64,000 nt of DNA from a virus. The stretch is taken from positions 53,044-117,043 of the IMG/VR virus record IMGVR_UViG_3300050821_005389. The stretch is one strand, 5' to 3'. Positions 38,307-48,938 of the stretch are shown here, one piece after another. The notes below the pieces were generated by a model, which was given only the letters and a program-made list of their open reading frames with translations, ran no database searches and was not told the DNA's origin. Numbering within the stretch: the first letter of the stretch is position 1; every line of letters begins with the position of its first letter. A program made the position numbers and the translations under genes.

Positions 38307-40363
38307 TATTCGTCCTCATATCGTTTCGGAATTCCAACCCATTTAGCTAATCGGTTTGCTTCAGTTCGTTCTTCCCACTGAACGAGTTCTTTACTACCGG
38401 TTAGACTCTTCCAGGCCCGCTCCCATTCACCTCCGAATCGCAGATAATCCATATCCCGACACAATTCGCGATACTTTATTTTCCCGCCGGCTTGTTTGAC
38501 TTCTCGAAGTATCTCCTTTTGTAATCGCCCCTGCTGGTTGTCAGCCTCAATTGGGTCTAGAAAGGTTCTCACATCGTCTCTATAAGTGACTAAAGCTTTA
38601 GCTTTCTCGACGCAATCAGTCGTAATGTAATCTTCTTCTAGGTCAACTGCGAAATACAACGCGAGCATCTGGAGTAGTTGCATACTTCTAGGATTCATAC
38701 CGCGCAAAATTTCACGCGCTTCGTCTAGATTCTCGAAACTGTAAACTTCTTTTTTAATAGCCGCATCTAGAACTTGTCGCGTCCTTAACGCACCTAATTG
38801 ACATTCCGGATCGCTATAAACTTGTGTTTCAGCCGCTACTTTTGGGCTCAATACAAAAAACAGGCGATCTTCCATGCCAGAGGCTAGACCAGCTATTTTG
38901 GCCCACTGGCGATTAAACCCTCGATCAGTAGTACACCACAGCCAGCTAAAACAATAACTTTTGGCTGGAAATGAAAAAGAGTTCTTACTATTCAAAGTGT
39001 TATTGCCCCAGTTAGCGGAGCCGTACCAACTTAAAATGCTGCTCGCGAACGAACTATTCTCGATACCGATCTTCGCCACACATTGCGATAGCTCGTCGTT
39101 GAAAAGTACAGCCCGACGAATACCTGATCCGCTCGTGACCGATAGCATTGTTTTGCCGAAACCTTCGGTGCTACCGGCTTGGATAATGACTATTTTACCT
39201 TCGGCGTTACGCATTCCTGAAGTGTGCGTCACCGATACTGCGGCGTACTCGAAATATTTGTGCGCAAGCTCGCAACTGCTCCCCTTAAAGAAGTGGCCGG
39301 GCGGTGAAATTAAACCAACGAACATATTAAGGTTCACGTCCTGATTTTTTATAGAAACTCTTCCGTACAGATAATTAAGGAATAACTGTACTGCCGGCAG
39401 AAAGATAAACTGAGGTTGCTTTGAAGACGTCTTAAGTGTCGGGGCGATGAGTCCGTCAAACAGTGACGTATTTTGGATGGCCCATAAGGGAAATACTGGG
39501 CGAGGCATTAGTCCGGCGGTTTCAATTTCCGGTGGCGCCGAAACGACTGTTTGACCGGAAGGCAAGATCATTCCGGTAGGTTTTTTAGTACCCGAGACGA
39601 CTACACCTTCTTTACCAACTTCATACCGAGAAACCGATCTAGCGATGGTTTCTACTTCTGATTCCGGCAAAGGCGGCTGGCAGCGTTCTGCATTAATCCG
39701 TTGCAAGACACCTTGGATTTCTTCGTAAACCAACCCTTTGTATCGCAGCCCGCCGCCGATCGACGCCAGCGAGTCATTCCGGGCGCTTTGAGGAATAGGT
39801 TCGCTGCTATTCGCATCTGCGATTTTCTTTTTGTCTAATTTTTGGGAAATTAGCCAATCGATTAGCCAATCCGGTGCCTCAACAATCGGACGATCTGAGA
39901 TAATTTCATAAGGTTTACCCGTGGTGGGGTGGAGACTACCTGGTGAAATTACGTATTGCTCACTTACTCTAGCAGACCAGTCGTTGCCTATAACAAATCC
40001 TTGCGAAATATTCCCCATCGCAATACTTTTTGCAGATTGTTTGAAATGAAAGTGACCCTTACCGGGGCTTGATCGAACGCGGAAATAATCGGATAATTTC
40101 TTCCCAGTCTCTTCTTCCATGCGACGAATCGCTTTTGTCGAATCCACCTCCCAGAACCAATAACCTCCGATTACAGCCTTTGCAACGGAAGCGGCATTGG
40201 CGTCGGGCGTCTCTTTTGACCACCCGGAAAGAATCGAAACATCGGTGGTAGCCAAGGCAGGCCAATTCAAATCAAACGCAATTTTAGATTGAGGACGTAT
40301 TCGTATCTGTGGTTCGCCGCGCAATACCATCGGCTCGGCTATATCGTAGAAGGACAAACCCAA
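38306..40363 (-). CDS. Primase-polymerase with PriCT domain and a degenerate P-loop domain
   Basis: S..KGHF.F, YV..P.S.H..G..Y, RN..L...G...CQPPL..SEV..IA.S, Walker-B-like LFNDE. Confidence 0.8.
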   Translation of the reverse strand: MGLSFYDIAEPMVLRGEPQIRIRPQSKIAFDLNWPALATTDVSILSGWSKETPDANAASVAKAVIGGYWFWEVDSTKAIRRMEEETGKKLSDYFRVRSSPGKGHFHFKQSAKSIAMGNISQGFVIGNDWSARVSEQYVISPGSLHPTTGKPYEIISDRPIVEAPDWLIDWLISQKLDKKKIADANSSEPIPQSARNDSLASIGGGLRYKGLVYEEIQGVLQRINAERCQPPLPESEVETIARSVSRYEVGKEGVVVSGTKKPTGMILPSGQTVVSAPPEIETAGLMPRPVFPLWAIQNTSLFDGLIAPTLKTSSKQPQFIFLPAVQLFLNYLYGRVSIKNQDVNLNMFVGLISPPGHFFKGSSCELAHKYFEYAAVSVTHTSGMRNAEGKIVIIQAGSTEGFGKTMLSVTSGSGIRRAVLFNDELSQCVAKIGIENSSFASSILSWYGSANWGNNTLNSKNSFSFPAKSYCFSWLWCTTDRGFNRQWAKIAGLASGMEDRLFFVLSPKVAAETQVYSDPECQLGALRTRQVLDAAIKKEVYSFENLDEAREILRGMNPRSMQLLQMLALYFAVDLEEDYITTDCVEKAKALVTYRDDVRTFLDPIEADNQQGRLQKEILREVKQAGGKIKYRELCRDMDYLRFGGEWERAWKSLTGSKELVQWEERTEANRLAKWVGIPKRYEDE

Positions 40364-40384
40364 AGATACTCCTTATATAGAAAA

Positions 40385-40450
40385 AGCGGATTGCTCTGAA
40401 TCCGCGAAGTCACGCTCTAGTAAGCCGGCGTTCGCCTGCCCCGAAGGGCA
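40385..40450 (-). terminator. Paired hairpins downstream of the SSB gene
   Basis: Minus strand: TGCCC-TTCG-GGGCA, then GCGGATTCAGAGCAATCCGC followed by TTTTT. Confidence 0.55.
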
Positions 40451-40462
40451 TCTTGTTACACC

Positions 40463-41026
40463 TTAAAATACGGCGTCTTCTTCTTGAGTAACGACAGGAT
40501 TAGCCTGTCCTTGCACCGTTGGTTGAGCCGTAGGTGTATTTCCTACCGTAGTCGCCGCTTGTGTTTGTGCTGTTGCGGCCTTAGCTTTTGCTTCACCGTT
40601 ATCTCTTACAAAACCTTCCGGAGCCTTCGGGCCTACAGCGCCTTCTGGCAAGGGAAGAATTACTTTTATATTGACGTATTCACCCTCCTTGACCAACGTT
40701 AACTCGTTGGATCGACCGATTAAAGATTCTGTATCAAACAACAAGCCCGGAGGAGTACCGAAGACACCCTCGGCTATTTTGTAAAGATTGGAAGCTTGTT
40801 TATTTTTAAATGGGGGTGTAATTTTAGCATTTACGTCCCACATGACACGGAAAGGTCTGTTGTGAGAATCTGACCGATCTAGTACCCACACTACGCGATA
40901 TCTCTGCTGCTCTACACCTTTTGCGTCAACTCTCTTACCGATATCGATACAATCGATCACGGTTGCCAAAAAACGTCCCTGCGAAGGCCGTTCGAAAGGC
41001 TGATTTTTGTTTTCAATTATAGCCAT
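40463..41026 (-). CDS. Putative single-stranded DNA-binding protein
   Basis: OB-like beta pattern, flexible linker, acidic/aromatic tail EEDAVF; AAGGAG RBS; terminator follows. Confidence 0.6.
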   Translation of the reverse strand: MAIIENKNQPFERPSQGRFLATVIDCIDIGKRVDAKGVEQQRYRVVWVLDRSDSHNRPFRVMWDVNAKITPPFKNKQASNLYKIAEGVFGTPPGLLFDTESLIGRSNELTLVKEGEYVNIKVILPLPEGAVGPKAPEGFVRDNGEAKAKAATAQTQAATTVGNTPTAQPTVQGQANPVVTQEEDAVF

Positions 41027-41088
41027 GTAGGCTCCTTTTGGGTTTTTTTTGTTTACTTCTTTCGGTAAAACCGAAACTTTTTCAGACA

Positions 41089-41661
41089 CTATTGAGCATT
41101 TTTTCTCTTCAGAATTTTATTTCTTTCAGCAACGCTGCAACTTTTTGTATGATCCTTGCCATAAGCCGGACATCGATCCTTTACACCTTTAGCTAAATTA
41201 CACGATACGCATAATACTTGAAAACCGGCAGGATAATTGCCGTCTCGTAACTCGCGGTACAACCGCATACCAGTAACTTTCTCTCCTCGATTTGGTATGA
41301 TATGATCTATAGTTAAACCTTCTAAAAAACGAATCGGGCAACCTTCACATTGACAAAACGGAGCCCTACCTCCACAATAATAGGTCAAAACAATCAACTT
41401 CAATTTTCTATGCGAACGTGCCGTTGACTGGCTGTCTTGTAGTTTCCTAGTTTTGCGATATTTGGCATCATAAATTTTTCTTTCTTCGCGGTGTTCCCTA
41501 AAATATTTTGCATTGTAAGCCTTTCGAATTTCTCGACGGCTTTCGCAGTACTTTTTCGAACACTTTTTACATAAACCGCCCTTGATTTCAACTACACTAG
41601 GAAAAGATATCTCCAAAGTGTGCTTTCTTTTACACCAAGGGCATCTACCGGATCGCGCCAT
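41089..41661 (-). CDS. HNH endonuclease
   Basis: C..C, LTIDHI, FQVLC..CN.AK. Confidence 0.8.
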   Translation of the reverse strand: MARSGRCPWCKRKHTLEISFPSVVEIKGGLCKKCSKKYCESRREIRKAYNAKYFREHREERKIYDAKYRKTRKLQDSQSTARSHRKLKLIVLTYYCGGRAPFCQCEGCPIRFLEGLTIDHIIPNRGEKVTGMRLYRELRDGNYPAGFQVLCVSCNLAKGVKDRCPAYGKDHTKSCSVAERNKILKRKNAQ

Positions 41662-42387
41662 TTAGTCATACCAGAGCCTTTCTAAAAGTATTTCAGGAGG
41701 AGCCACGCTAACGTTAAACGGTGCCGCTGAAATTTCTGTTTCTTTATCTAATTCCTTTACTGCCTTCCACCATATTCTCAAATTGCTAGACCACCGAAAT
41801 TTTCTTTTCTTGGCTAGCTCATTATCTTCGCGCTTTTGTTGGGACAACAAAACGATTGTAGGACTCGCAGCCCGCTCAAATACTTTCGGAACGTCTTCAA
41901 TTTCCAACAATTTCAGAACAGACTGGCAATCAGCAATAGCGGAATGAGGTGCAAAATTGATCCACCCGTTATCACATAACATATAGCCGAGATGTTTTCC
42001 CTCAGTCTTTAATAGATCGGTTCTGGTATCAATCCACAATCGATCGATTAACTTTTTGTTTTCTCTCTTGCACCAGTTCTCTAAAACTCTCTTATCAAAT
42101 CTTACCACATTCTGACCTATAAAAGCATCCGCTTGCGCGGCCATTTTTAGGATAACATCTATGGCATCACTCGGCTCGCGTCCAAATTCCTCAATAGCCT
42201 TTTGCGAAATCCCCGTAAGACGCACGACTTCTTCCGGAATTATTTTATCGGTTCGAACTAAAAACCCCAAGGACTCAAGACATCGTTTTTGTGTCGTATC
42301 GAAAAGAATTAATCCTACTTCAATGACGCGATCTTCTACGACATTTAATCCCGAAGTTTCGAAGTCCAGCGCGAGCAAAATAGACAT
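41662..42387 (-). CDS. DEDDh 3'-5' exonuclease (DnaQ-like)
   Basis: LDFETSG, N..FD, HSA..D. Confidence 0.9.
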   Translation of the reverse strand: MSILLALDFETSGLNVVEDRVIEVGLILFDTTQKRCLESLGFLVRTDKIIPEEVVRLTGISQKAIEEFGREPSDAIDVILKMAAQADAFIGQNVVRFDKRVLENWCKRENKKLIDRLWIDTRTDLLKTEGKHLGYMLCDNGWINFAPHSAIADCQSVLKLLEIEDVPKVFERAASPTIVLLSQQKREDNELAKKRKFRWSSNLRIWWKAVKELDKETEISAAPFNVSVAPPEILLERLWYD

Positions 42388-42701
42388 TATGAAAAAATAT
42401 CCTCCGGCTCATCAACCATTCTAGTCGTGGTCGTAGTTAAATGCGTCGCAAGGGTCAGCGGAACAAATATTCTGAGATCCATCGTTTCAACGTCGTCTTG
42501 AAGCACTTTATTGGTATCCTTCAAAAAGACGAACCCACCTTGCCGCCCAAACGTAATAATCTGCTTATCTACTTCCGCCCGTAGTTCTTGAATGTTATTG
42601 ACATTATTGTACGACGCAACATTCAAAACTGGATTCGGCCAGTCGGGGGGCTTCAGGGCTTCGATCAAATGTAGCTTATACGTTACGAGATATTCAGCCA
42701 A
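42387..42701 (-). CDS. Hypothetical protein
   Basis: Coupled ORF. Confidence 0.55.
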   Translation of the reverse strand: MAEYLVTYKLHLIEALKPPDWPNPVLNVASYNNVNNIQELRAEVDKQIITFGRQGGFVFLKDTNKVLQDDVETMDLRIFVPLTLATHLTTTTTRMVDEPEDIFS

Positions 42702-42705
42702 ATTT

Positions 42706-43062
42706 TTATCCCTTAAATTGAAGTCCTCGTCCCGCCTTCAACGCCTTCGTAGCATCTTCCGCTGCTTTAGCGTTCGCCGCAGCCGCCGCCAAAGTATTGG
42801 CGCCTTCCGGCACCAAAATGCTCTTACGCTCTTGCGGCGTGAAAAAGTCTGCTTCTATGGCATCTAGCCGGCATTTATCGCTGCAAAGCACAAACGTCTG
42901 ACCAGTGACAACCTGCTGAACTAGTGTTGCGGTTTTTACCCACGGGTGACTTTCTAATACTTGATCGATTCCCTTTTCCCGGCTTTGCTCAAACGTCACT
43001 GTGTTCGAACAGTTCGGGCCTTCGCAGGTAAAAGTTCTGTAAGCTACGTCGACAATAGACAT
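42706..43062 (-). CDS. Zinc-binding hypothetical protein
   Basis: CEGPNC...CSDKC; AAGGAG RBS. Confidence 0.6.
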   Translation of the reverse strand: MSIVDVAYRTFTCEGPNCSNTVTFEQSREKGIDQVLESHPWVKTATLVQQVVTGQTFVLCSDKCRLDAIEADFFTPQERKSILVPEGANTLAAAAANAKAAEDATKALKAGRGLQFKG

Positions 43063-43072
43063 CTATTTCTCC

Positions 43073-43627
43073 TTAAAGTTGATTTGTTAACTCGTAAAAC
43101 CTGTGCAAAAACTCTACTTCCGCTACCTCTGGCGCCCAACACTTCACCTTTATATTCGCCGCCTTACCTTCATCTGGTTTCAATTCCCACTCCATCGGAG
43201 CCAACAGTTGTTCTTTCTCCGCGAATAGCATCGCGTTATCGGCTTTCTTAATGCTCGTGGGCTCCTCGGAGGGAAGTCTAAATTTCTGGCAAACTGATCG
43301 CATTATGGCCGCTTCGACTGGAATGTACGCTGGCCCGATCTCAGTAAAATGTTTCAGTGGTCGATTAATGTCTGCGATATAAGCTTCGCTGGCATCATGA
43401 AGAAGAAACCATAAAGCATCTTTTTCTGGAACTAAACGACTGCCGAGAACGCAATGTTCTGCGACAGAATAAAATCTCCGAACGTGGCCGGTAAATCGGC
43501 ATTGCATGGCCAGCGCATGTCCGATATCGCGAATATGAATCTCGTCCTGCTGCGGATCCAAAATGTGAAACGTACCGCCTAAAAAAGTTTGAATCCAGGC
43601 CCGCTTTACATCCGAAGCATCCGTCAT
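43073..43627 (-). CDS. HD-domain 5'-deoxynucleotidase (YfdR-like)
   Basis: DI.HALA..CRF.GH...YSVAEH, LLHDASEAY..D...P.K, K.AD. Confidence 0.9.
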   Translation of the reverse strand: MTDASDVKRAWIQTFLGGTFHILDPQQDEIHIRDIGHALAMQCRFTGHVRRFYSVAEHCVLGSRLVPEKDALWFLLHDASEAYIADINRPLKHFTEIGPAYIPVEAAIMRSVCQKFRLPSEEPTSIKKADNAMLFAEKEQLLAPMEWELKPDEGKAANIKVKCWAPEVAEVEFLHRFYELTNQL

Positions 43628-43962
43628 AGAGGAAGCCTCAGTTGCTTTTTATCTTTCTTTCTCTTTTGAGCATCTTCAAAAAGAACTCGAGCGATGCCGG
43701 CGTAAACTACTATGTCATTCAAGGAATCTTCGACGCCCTCATTAGCTAATGAACCGTTCAGAACGTATGCTTGTAACCGCCGAACTTTATCGTTCAAACG
43801 AATCATCGCCCCGATCCAAGCTTCAACACCCCATTCTTCCGAGGCCCGAATATTGGCAAACGGATCTTCTCCACGGCCATAATCTCGTTGTTTTTTATCG
43901 TGAAGTTCGCCTAGCTCTTTCAATATTTCATGAAACCTAGCACTATTTGGATGCGGCGCCAA
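43624..43962 (-). CDS. Nucleotide-modification-associated domain 1 (DUF1599-like)
   Basis: KK..DYG..DP..N, R..DK..R, E...DS..D...Y. Confidence 0.7.
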   Translation of the reverse strand: MAPHPNSARFHEILKELGELHDKKQRDYGRGEDPFANIRASEEWGVEAWIGAMIRLNDKVRRLQAYVLNGSLANEGVEDSLNDIVVYAGIARVLFEDAQKRKKDKKQLRLPL

Positions 43963-44800
43963 TTAACCCTCCTATCTTTTCAGATGGTCCTTCAAACCAG
44001 CCACCACAGGCCAAGCAATGGATCAAACCCTTCTTCCTTAAATTCGTAAACCTTTCTCCGTCTCGTTTTATTTTATTCGAACCGCAGCGAACGCATCTAG
44101 TTTCGCCACCTTTGTTAACATTGGGATGATTCTTGGACCAAGGCAGGAATTTATAATATAACTCCTCGAGTAACAGTACGTCCCGGCGGTTATAGCGTTT
44201 CATAATCCGCCAAGACTCCGGATCACCCTTCATACAACCGAGCCATAAATGAAACCCTGTGTGCGCCATCTTACGACCTATGCCGAGATCGCGGCCGAGA
44301 TCGTCCAGTTTATTGCTCTTAAACTTAAAGACGCTTCTGGCTATCTTCAAGGTGTCGACAGTTTGAAACGGCGACGTAGGTGACATACCCAGAGTAACAA
44401 ACCGTGTCCTGATTTGGGGCAAATCGAACCTATCACCGTTATGGGCTATCACGATGTCAACCGAATCCAGATCCTTCCATAAATCAGCTAGAAGAGCGCT
44501 GTCGTCTATCTTGCTTTTGGCCCATGTCTTTTTGTAATCCGGCAAACCTCTCGTCTTGACGCCAGCCTGATTGGCGCACTTAAACGAGTACGAAAGCAAG
44601 TAGCCGTTCTGGATAAAATCGATGACGTTTTGCTCCCACTTGGCCCATGTATAGCCGATCGATGGCGCCGTTTCGATGTCCAAAAATGCTATCCTAGAAT
44701 CCGTTTTTCTACTTACGCACTCTCGAGAGCAAAACTTCTGATCTGCCCTGAATACCTTAAGTTCTTTACAACCGCTACATACGTGTTCGGTTGGTTTCAA
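43943..44800 (-). CDS. RNase H-fold exonuclease with zinc ribbons
   Basis: LDIETAP, AHNGDRFD, DTL, SNKLD, YN..DV, C..CG. Confidence 0.85.
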   Translation of the reverse strand: MKPTEHVCSGCKELKVFRADQKFCSRECVSRKTDSRIAFLDIETAPSIGYTWAKWEQNVIDFIQNGYLLSYSFKCANQAGVKTRGLPDYKKTWAKSKIDDSALLADLWKDLDSVDIVIAHNGDRFDLPQIRTRFVTLGMSPTSPFQTVDTLKIARSVFKFKSNKLDDLGRDLGIGRKMAHTGFHLWLGCMKGDPESWRIMKRYNRRDVLLLEELYYKFLPWSKNHPNVNKGGETRCVRCGSNKIKRDGERFTNLRKKGLIHCLACGGWFEGPSEKIGGLIGAASK

Positions 44801-44894
44801 GTTCGCCTTATGTTCGCTCTAAAATACAGTAAAAACCTGATTAACAATAGAACAGTGATTCTGTACGCTCGACCTACAGCGCATTTTCAACTAT

Positions 44895-45171
44895 TCATTT
44901 TCCGTCTGGTAACACCTCTCCAAGAATAACCTCACAGAAAAACGGACCTATACCTAACCACTCTCTAAAAGAAGATATAGAAAACCCGTTTTTAGCGAGA
45001 TTGCAGCCTCGACACGTTTGAACAATACAATGACCTTTTTTACAATACACATGCTCTCTCGAAGGTGATGTAATGATCCCACGAGTCGTAGATAACTTCT
45101 CTCCACAATAGAAACATCTGTCATTTTATTTTCTTAGCTTTCCATGATTTAATAAAATCAGAATCGGCCAT
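44895..45171 (-). pseudogene. Frameshifted small HNH endonuclease
   Basis: MADSDFIKSWKAKKIK* then +1 frame NDRCFYCG...REHV...IVQTCRGCNLAK, which has no start codon upstream of the motif. Confidence 0.6.
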
Positions 45172-45788
45172 AATTAACGATTGTATTTTTTGGTTCTCCG
45201 ACTTGCGGCGGTAGCCCGCTCATCACGCCAAGCACGAAACTCGATTATTTTATTACGTATCCTAAATTCAAATATATGAACTAAACCACAATCACAACAC
45301 CTTATCTTATATCCCCTTACGAATTGGTCGAATCCAACACCCTGGTACTCCTTTAGCATATCGCATAAACAATCGTTTATTGTTTCTGTCTTTTAGCAGC
45401 AATAATCAGTTCGTACAAATCTTTAATCGCACTAACAGTTATAGAATCTTCAGTACCTACGTAGACTGTACCGTGTTTAAGAACAATTTTCGGATCGATA
45501 ATCTCTCCGTCTAGCCAGTAAGAACCGTCACAATCTATAGCCAAATGCACAGAAACCCCCACAAACAACTAACTGTTGTTTCTTTGGTAATTTAATGACG
45601 CTACACTATCTAATGCCGCAATAATCCACATCCACCACGGCACGGGAAAATGCCAAATTGACTTGGCGATAAATAAAATAACGATCATTATACCTCCACT
45701 CGGACTAATTTATAGATCGCCCATTCCGTTATCTGACCGTTGACAATTTTCCCAGAATATTTAAATTTAGGATAATCGTGTATCTTTT

Positions 45789-46160
45789 TCACTTTGATCT
45801 TTTTTTGAGCCAAGCTTTGTGCCTCTTCGTTCCGACTCTACCTGGGAATCCAATTGCTTGCCGGCCAATTATTTTGGAAAGCGGTGGATCCTTTAAGTAT
45901 TCTATCACTACGGCAAGAATCTGTAAAGTCCATAAGCGTTCTATTTTTCCTAAAAGTCGGTTGCATTGCGAGCATAGCAAACCGCGGGATTCGCCACTAG
46001 TGTGATTGTGATCGACCGCCAATCTTTTGCCTGATTTTTGAGATTTCTTGCAGAACCAACATAAGCCTTTCTGGTAGGCATTTACTAACTCCCACTCTTC
46101 GATTGATAAATCAAAGCAATCTCGGTACCGTTTGGCACGAGCGCGTTCTTTTGAATCCAA
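45789..46160 (-). CDS. Endonuclease VII domain protein
   Basis: Q.G.C..C, LAVDH.H..G..RGLLC..CN..LG. Confidence 0.85.
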   Translation of the reverse strand: MDSKERARAKRYRDCFDLSIEEWELVNAYQKGLCWFCKKSQKSGKRLAVDHNHTSGESRGLLCSQCNRLLGKIERLWTLQILAVVIEYLKDPPLSKIIGRQAIGFPGRVGTKRHKAWLKKRSK

Positions 46161-46409
46161 AAAACCTAGATACCTCGCAACATCAATCGCTTGTTGTTTC
46201 TCTTTGCCACCGCAACCAGCGGGTTACCATCATCTCTGTAATCTCGTTCTTCTCTTCTCGAGTTAAAGGAAGACGATCTTCATCTTCTTCGTCAAAATAA
46301 AAACCACTATCGTAGCCTTCGGTCATCCGCAATTCCGGTCCTAGACCGAGAATTCCTTGATTTGCATTAAGTACTCTACCGGATTTTAGTTTTATATCCA
46401 TAAAATCTA

Positions 46410-46556
46410 TGCTAGGACAACTCTGACCCCGGACTCAGGGAAGTAGTTGATCGTGTCCTTTGATCATTCCGTCCTAGCAACTCTTCTGGCGGAGTAGAAA
46501 CAGGCACCCACCCGTTCTGTGTCAAGAAAGGTTCCCCTTAATTGAATTCTCCGCCA
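46410..46556 (-). ncRNA. Two tandem 70-nt structured RNA elements
   Basis: Closing stems TGGCGGAG/CTCCGCCA and TGCTAGGAC/GTCCTAGCA with internal hairpins; intergenic. Confidence 0.45.
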
Positions 46557-47155
46557 AACTTTTATTTTCGCCGGCCGTGAATTTCATAAGTCTTTTTCAA
46601 TTGCGACTTGCTATCCAGCATACAAGGATCGTTGCCCTTGGCGATATCACCCATCAGGACTAATCCTATTATAGCATAAATCGACTCGATTCCCTTGTTC
46701 TCTTTGTACTTCTTCCGGAGCTCGGCTGAAAATGCTCGGTTGTCCAGAGTTTCCAGTCGTTCGCCCCACGTCATCGGTATCATTACGGCTCCTGTATTGT
46801 CGCATATAATGTCTGTGCTTTACCCTTATTGATACTTTGTGAAAATCTCTAAACGAAGCTTCGCGGCAAATGACAGAACAGTACGATTGTCTTTTGCCGC
46901 CACCTTGCGAGCGCTGGATCGGCGTGAATTCTTTTAAACACCAAAAACATAGTCTTGACATATTTAGCTTACTAGTAATTATCTTTTTTCAAAAAATCGT
47001 CTAAAGATGCGAGCAGAGCACCGCCAAAAGTAAATAGCAAGCCCATAACCATAGTTTCTGTTGAAAAAGGTTTCTCATTACCTAAACTGATGCCTATAGC
47101 CAGCAAAATAAGCCCCGTAAATCGAATCATTTTCTTCCTCACAATTAACACATTA

Positions 47156-47404
47156 TTATTTGTATCGCATCGCCGAAGCTACCGATTGAAGCACGTCTTC
47201 CGATACGTGCGTTGCATCGCCAAACCAATCGACGTTGGAGTGACTATACTGCCTGAAAGCCGGGTGAACTTTTGATAGACGGTATGAAAAACACCCGTCG
47301 GGACAGTGAAGTGGGTTTACATCCAAGACAAAAAACAATTGATAAACCCCGTTACCCCAAAATACGGGTTGCCCTTCTTTAAACTTTGGTTTTCTCTTTC
47401 GCAT
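47156..47404 (-). CDS. Small SH3-like protein, paralogue of 61276..61503
   Basis: Shared N-terminus RKPKF..GQ.V. Confidence 0.55.
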   Translation of the reverse strand: MRKRKPKFKEGQPVFWGNGVYQLFFVLDVNPLHCPDGCFSYRLSKVHPAFRQYSHSNVDWFGDATHVSEDVLQSVASAMRYK

Positions 47405-47423
47405 AATTAACGGTGTTTATGTC

Positions 47424-47717
47424 TCAAAAAATACTTAAATGAGCCGGCCGCAATACGAAGCATTTGTTGTTACCGGTTGCTTCAATCCACGCTTCCCCTT
47501 CTTTTTTATTTCCGAAAACCGCCTGCACATCTCCGTAAACGCGCCTCTTTTTCTTGCCCTCGCGTAACAAATAAGTAAATTTAGCCTCTACTTCTGCTCC
47601 GATAGATTCGTAGTCGTGAGGTCGGGGGGCTGATTCATGTTTATATTCCTCTGTGGTGCCTTTAGGCCACGTTACAACCCATACTTTTTCGATCCGTTTT
47701 GTTGACCTTACTGCCAT
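47424..47717 (-). CDS. Hypothetical protein
   Basis: AAGGAG RBS before ATG 47717. Confidence 0.55.
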   Translation of the reverse strand: MAVRSTKRIEKVWVVTWPKGTTEEYKHESAPRPHDYESIGAEVEAKFTYLLREGKKKRRVYGDVQAVFGNKKEGEAWIEATGNNKCFVLRPAHLSIF

Positions 47718-48003
47718 TTTATCTCCTTTCTTTTCTATCGCAGCTATGTACTGGTGCCTTGATTGTGTTTTTATGAGTATACGATAAAACAGTATATCAC
47801 ATAAATCCAACTGAGAAGTCCATGAAAAATAGCCAACCAAATACTATGCCAGCGGGCATAACTCAATACGATTGCCAACGCCGATCCGAAACTTATTCCG
47901 CTCTCGACATGAGATTCACTCATTCGCCGCCGACGATGCGACTGCGACCTGGTCGTCTCGATTCTCCTATGCGCCCTATTTTCATGATCTAAGATTTAAT
48001 TGC

Positions 48004-48453
48004 TCATTGTACCTGTTTTTTAGCTACCCGTTCCGCAAGCGCCATTAATTTTTTAAAATAATAGACCGAGTCCCGAAGTTCTTTTTTCACATCCTCTACC
48101 AACCACGGTTTATCCTCGCTTTTATATCCCTTTTCTCGTCCGTATTTCAAGTCATAAAAACAAAGATCGCCGCAATGAGCGTAGTCCCACCCGTACCAGT
48201 AAAAGCCCTGCGGCCACTCTTTACCGCCCTCGCCGGAATACGTTAAACCGCCGTTGCAAGGAATATTCAAATCATCTGAACTAAATCCGGCTAATGGATG
48301 ATCTTTAGGAACCCCGAGATAAGCGCACAAACAGGCGGGGCCGCGCAAAATTAATGCTCGAACACCATCTTCAAACTGGTCATAGTAAATTTTCCCTGGC
48401 GAATCTTCGGCCAGCTTTTTAAACGCGGTTAGATCTTGTGTTGTCATCGCCAA
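48004..48453 (-). CDS. Conserved phage protein
   Basis: C.Y..VP..HP, GGLTY, W.GWD.AH.GD pattern. Confidence 0.65.
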   Translation of the reverse strand: MAMTTQDLTAFKKLAEDSPGKIYYDQFEDGVRALILRGPACLCAYLGVPKDHPLAGFSSDDLNIPCNGGLTYSGEGGKEWPQGFYWYGWDYAHCGDLCFYDLKYGREKGYKSEDKPWLVEDVKKELRDSVYYFKKLMALAERVAKKQVQ

Positions 48454-48938
48454 GTCCGGTGTTTCTCTGCTATATGTTCATTTCCGTCATACTCTTCTAT
48501 TTCATAATCTGTACCATCCGGTATTTCCACGATAGACAATTCTGCACATTGCCCGCTGGCGCCTTTCCGATGCTCCCCGCCTAATTCTTCAATAACCTGA
48601 ATTAATTTAGGATCGCTACGGTCGATAGCCCTGCCGTTTTCGAGCGAGTGTTTTTCGTAACGCTCATTATAGCTTTTAAACAACCCGTCCGCATCACGCA
48701 CGGGGGCGCCAATTACTTCGCGAGGATTCGGAATATCAAAAGCTGACCACATCCTTAAACGATCGTTATCTGCTTCGATTTCTTCTAGTGTTCTAGGAAT
48801 CAGAACATCAAAATCCATCTTCGGTTCTCTTTGATAGGTGAAAAAATAACACTTGCGGCCGTTTAATTCCGCTAACCTTTTTACTGCCCTTGGAGATAAA
48901 CTAAAACCGCCAAAACAAGTATTAATCGCAACCTTCAT
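48444..48938 (-). CDS. Conserved phage protein
   Basis: N.CFGGF.LS, R.DP.L..V.EELG, IVEIP, IEEYDG.E pattern. Confidence 0.65.
   Translation of the reverse strand: MKVAINTCFGGFSLSPRAVKRLAELNGRKCYFFTYQREPKMDFDVLIPRTLEEIEADNDRLRMWSAFDIPNPREVIGAPVRDADGLFKSYNERYEKHSLENGRAIDRSDPKLIQVIEELGGEHRKGASGQCAELSIVEIPDGTDYEIEEYDGNEHIAEKHRTWR

Noticed and set aside
39275-39320. Degenerate Walker A (SPPGHFFKGS) in the primase as a novel feature
   Set aside because: Divergent P-loops are plausible in such primase C-terminal domains; cannot be judged without an alignment
46487-46556. tRNA-Val(GAC), from TTGACAC and the terminal CCA
   Set aside because: Anticodon stem is out of register and there is no TTCRA T-loop; kept only as a generic structured element
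47137-47146. AATTGTGAG as a lac operator
   Set aside because: Half-site only; explained by the junction-site arm merged with the SD sequence
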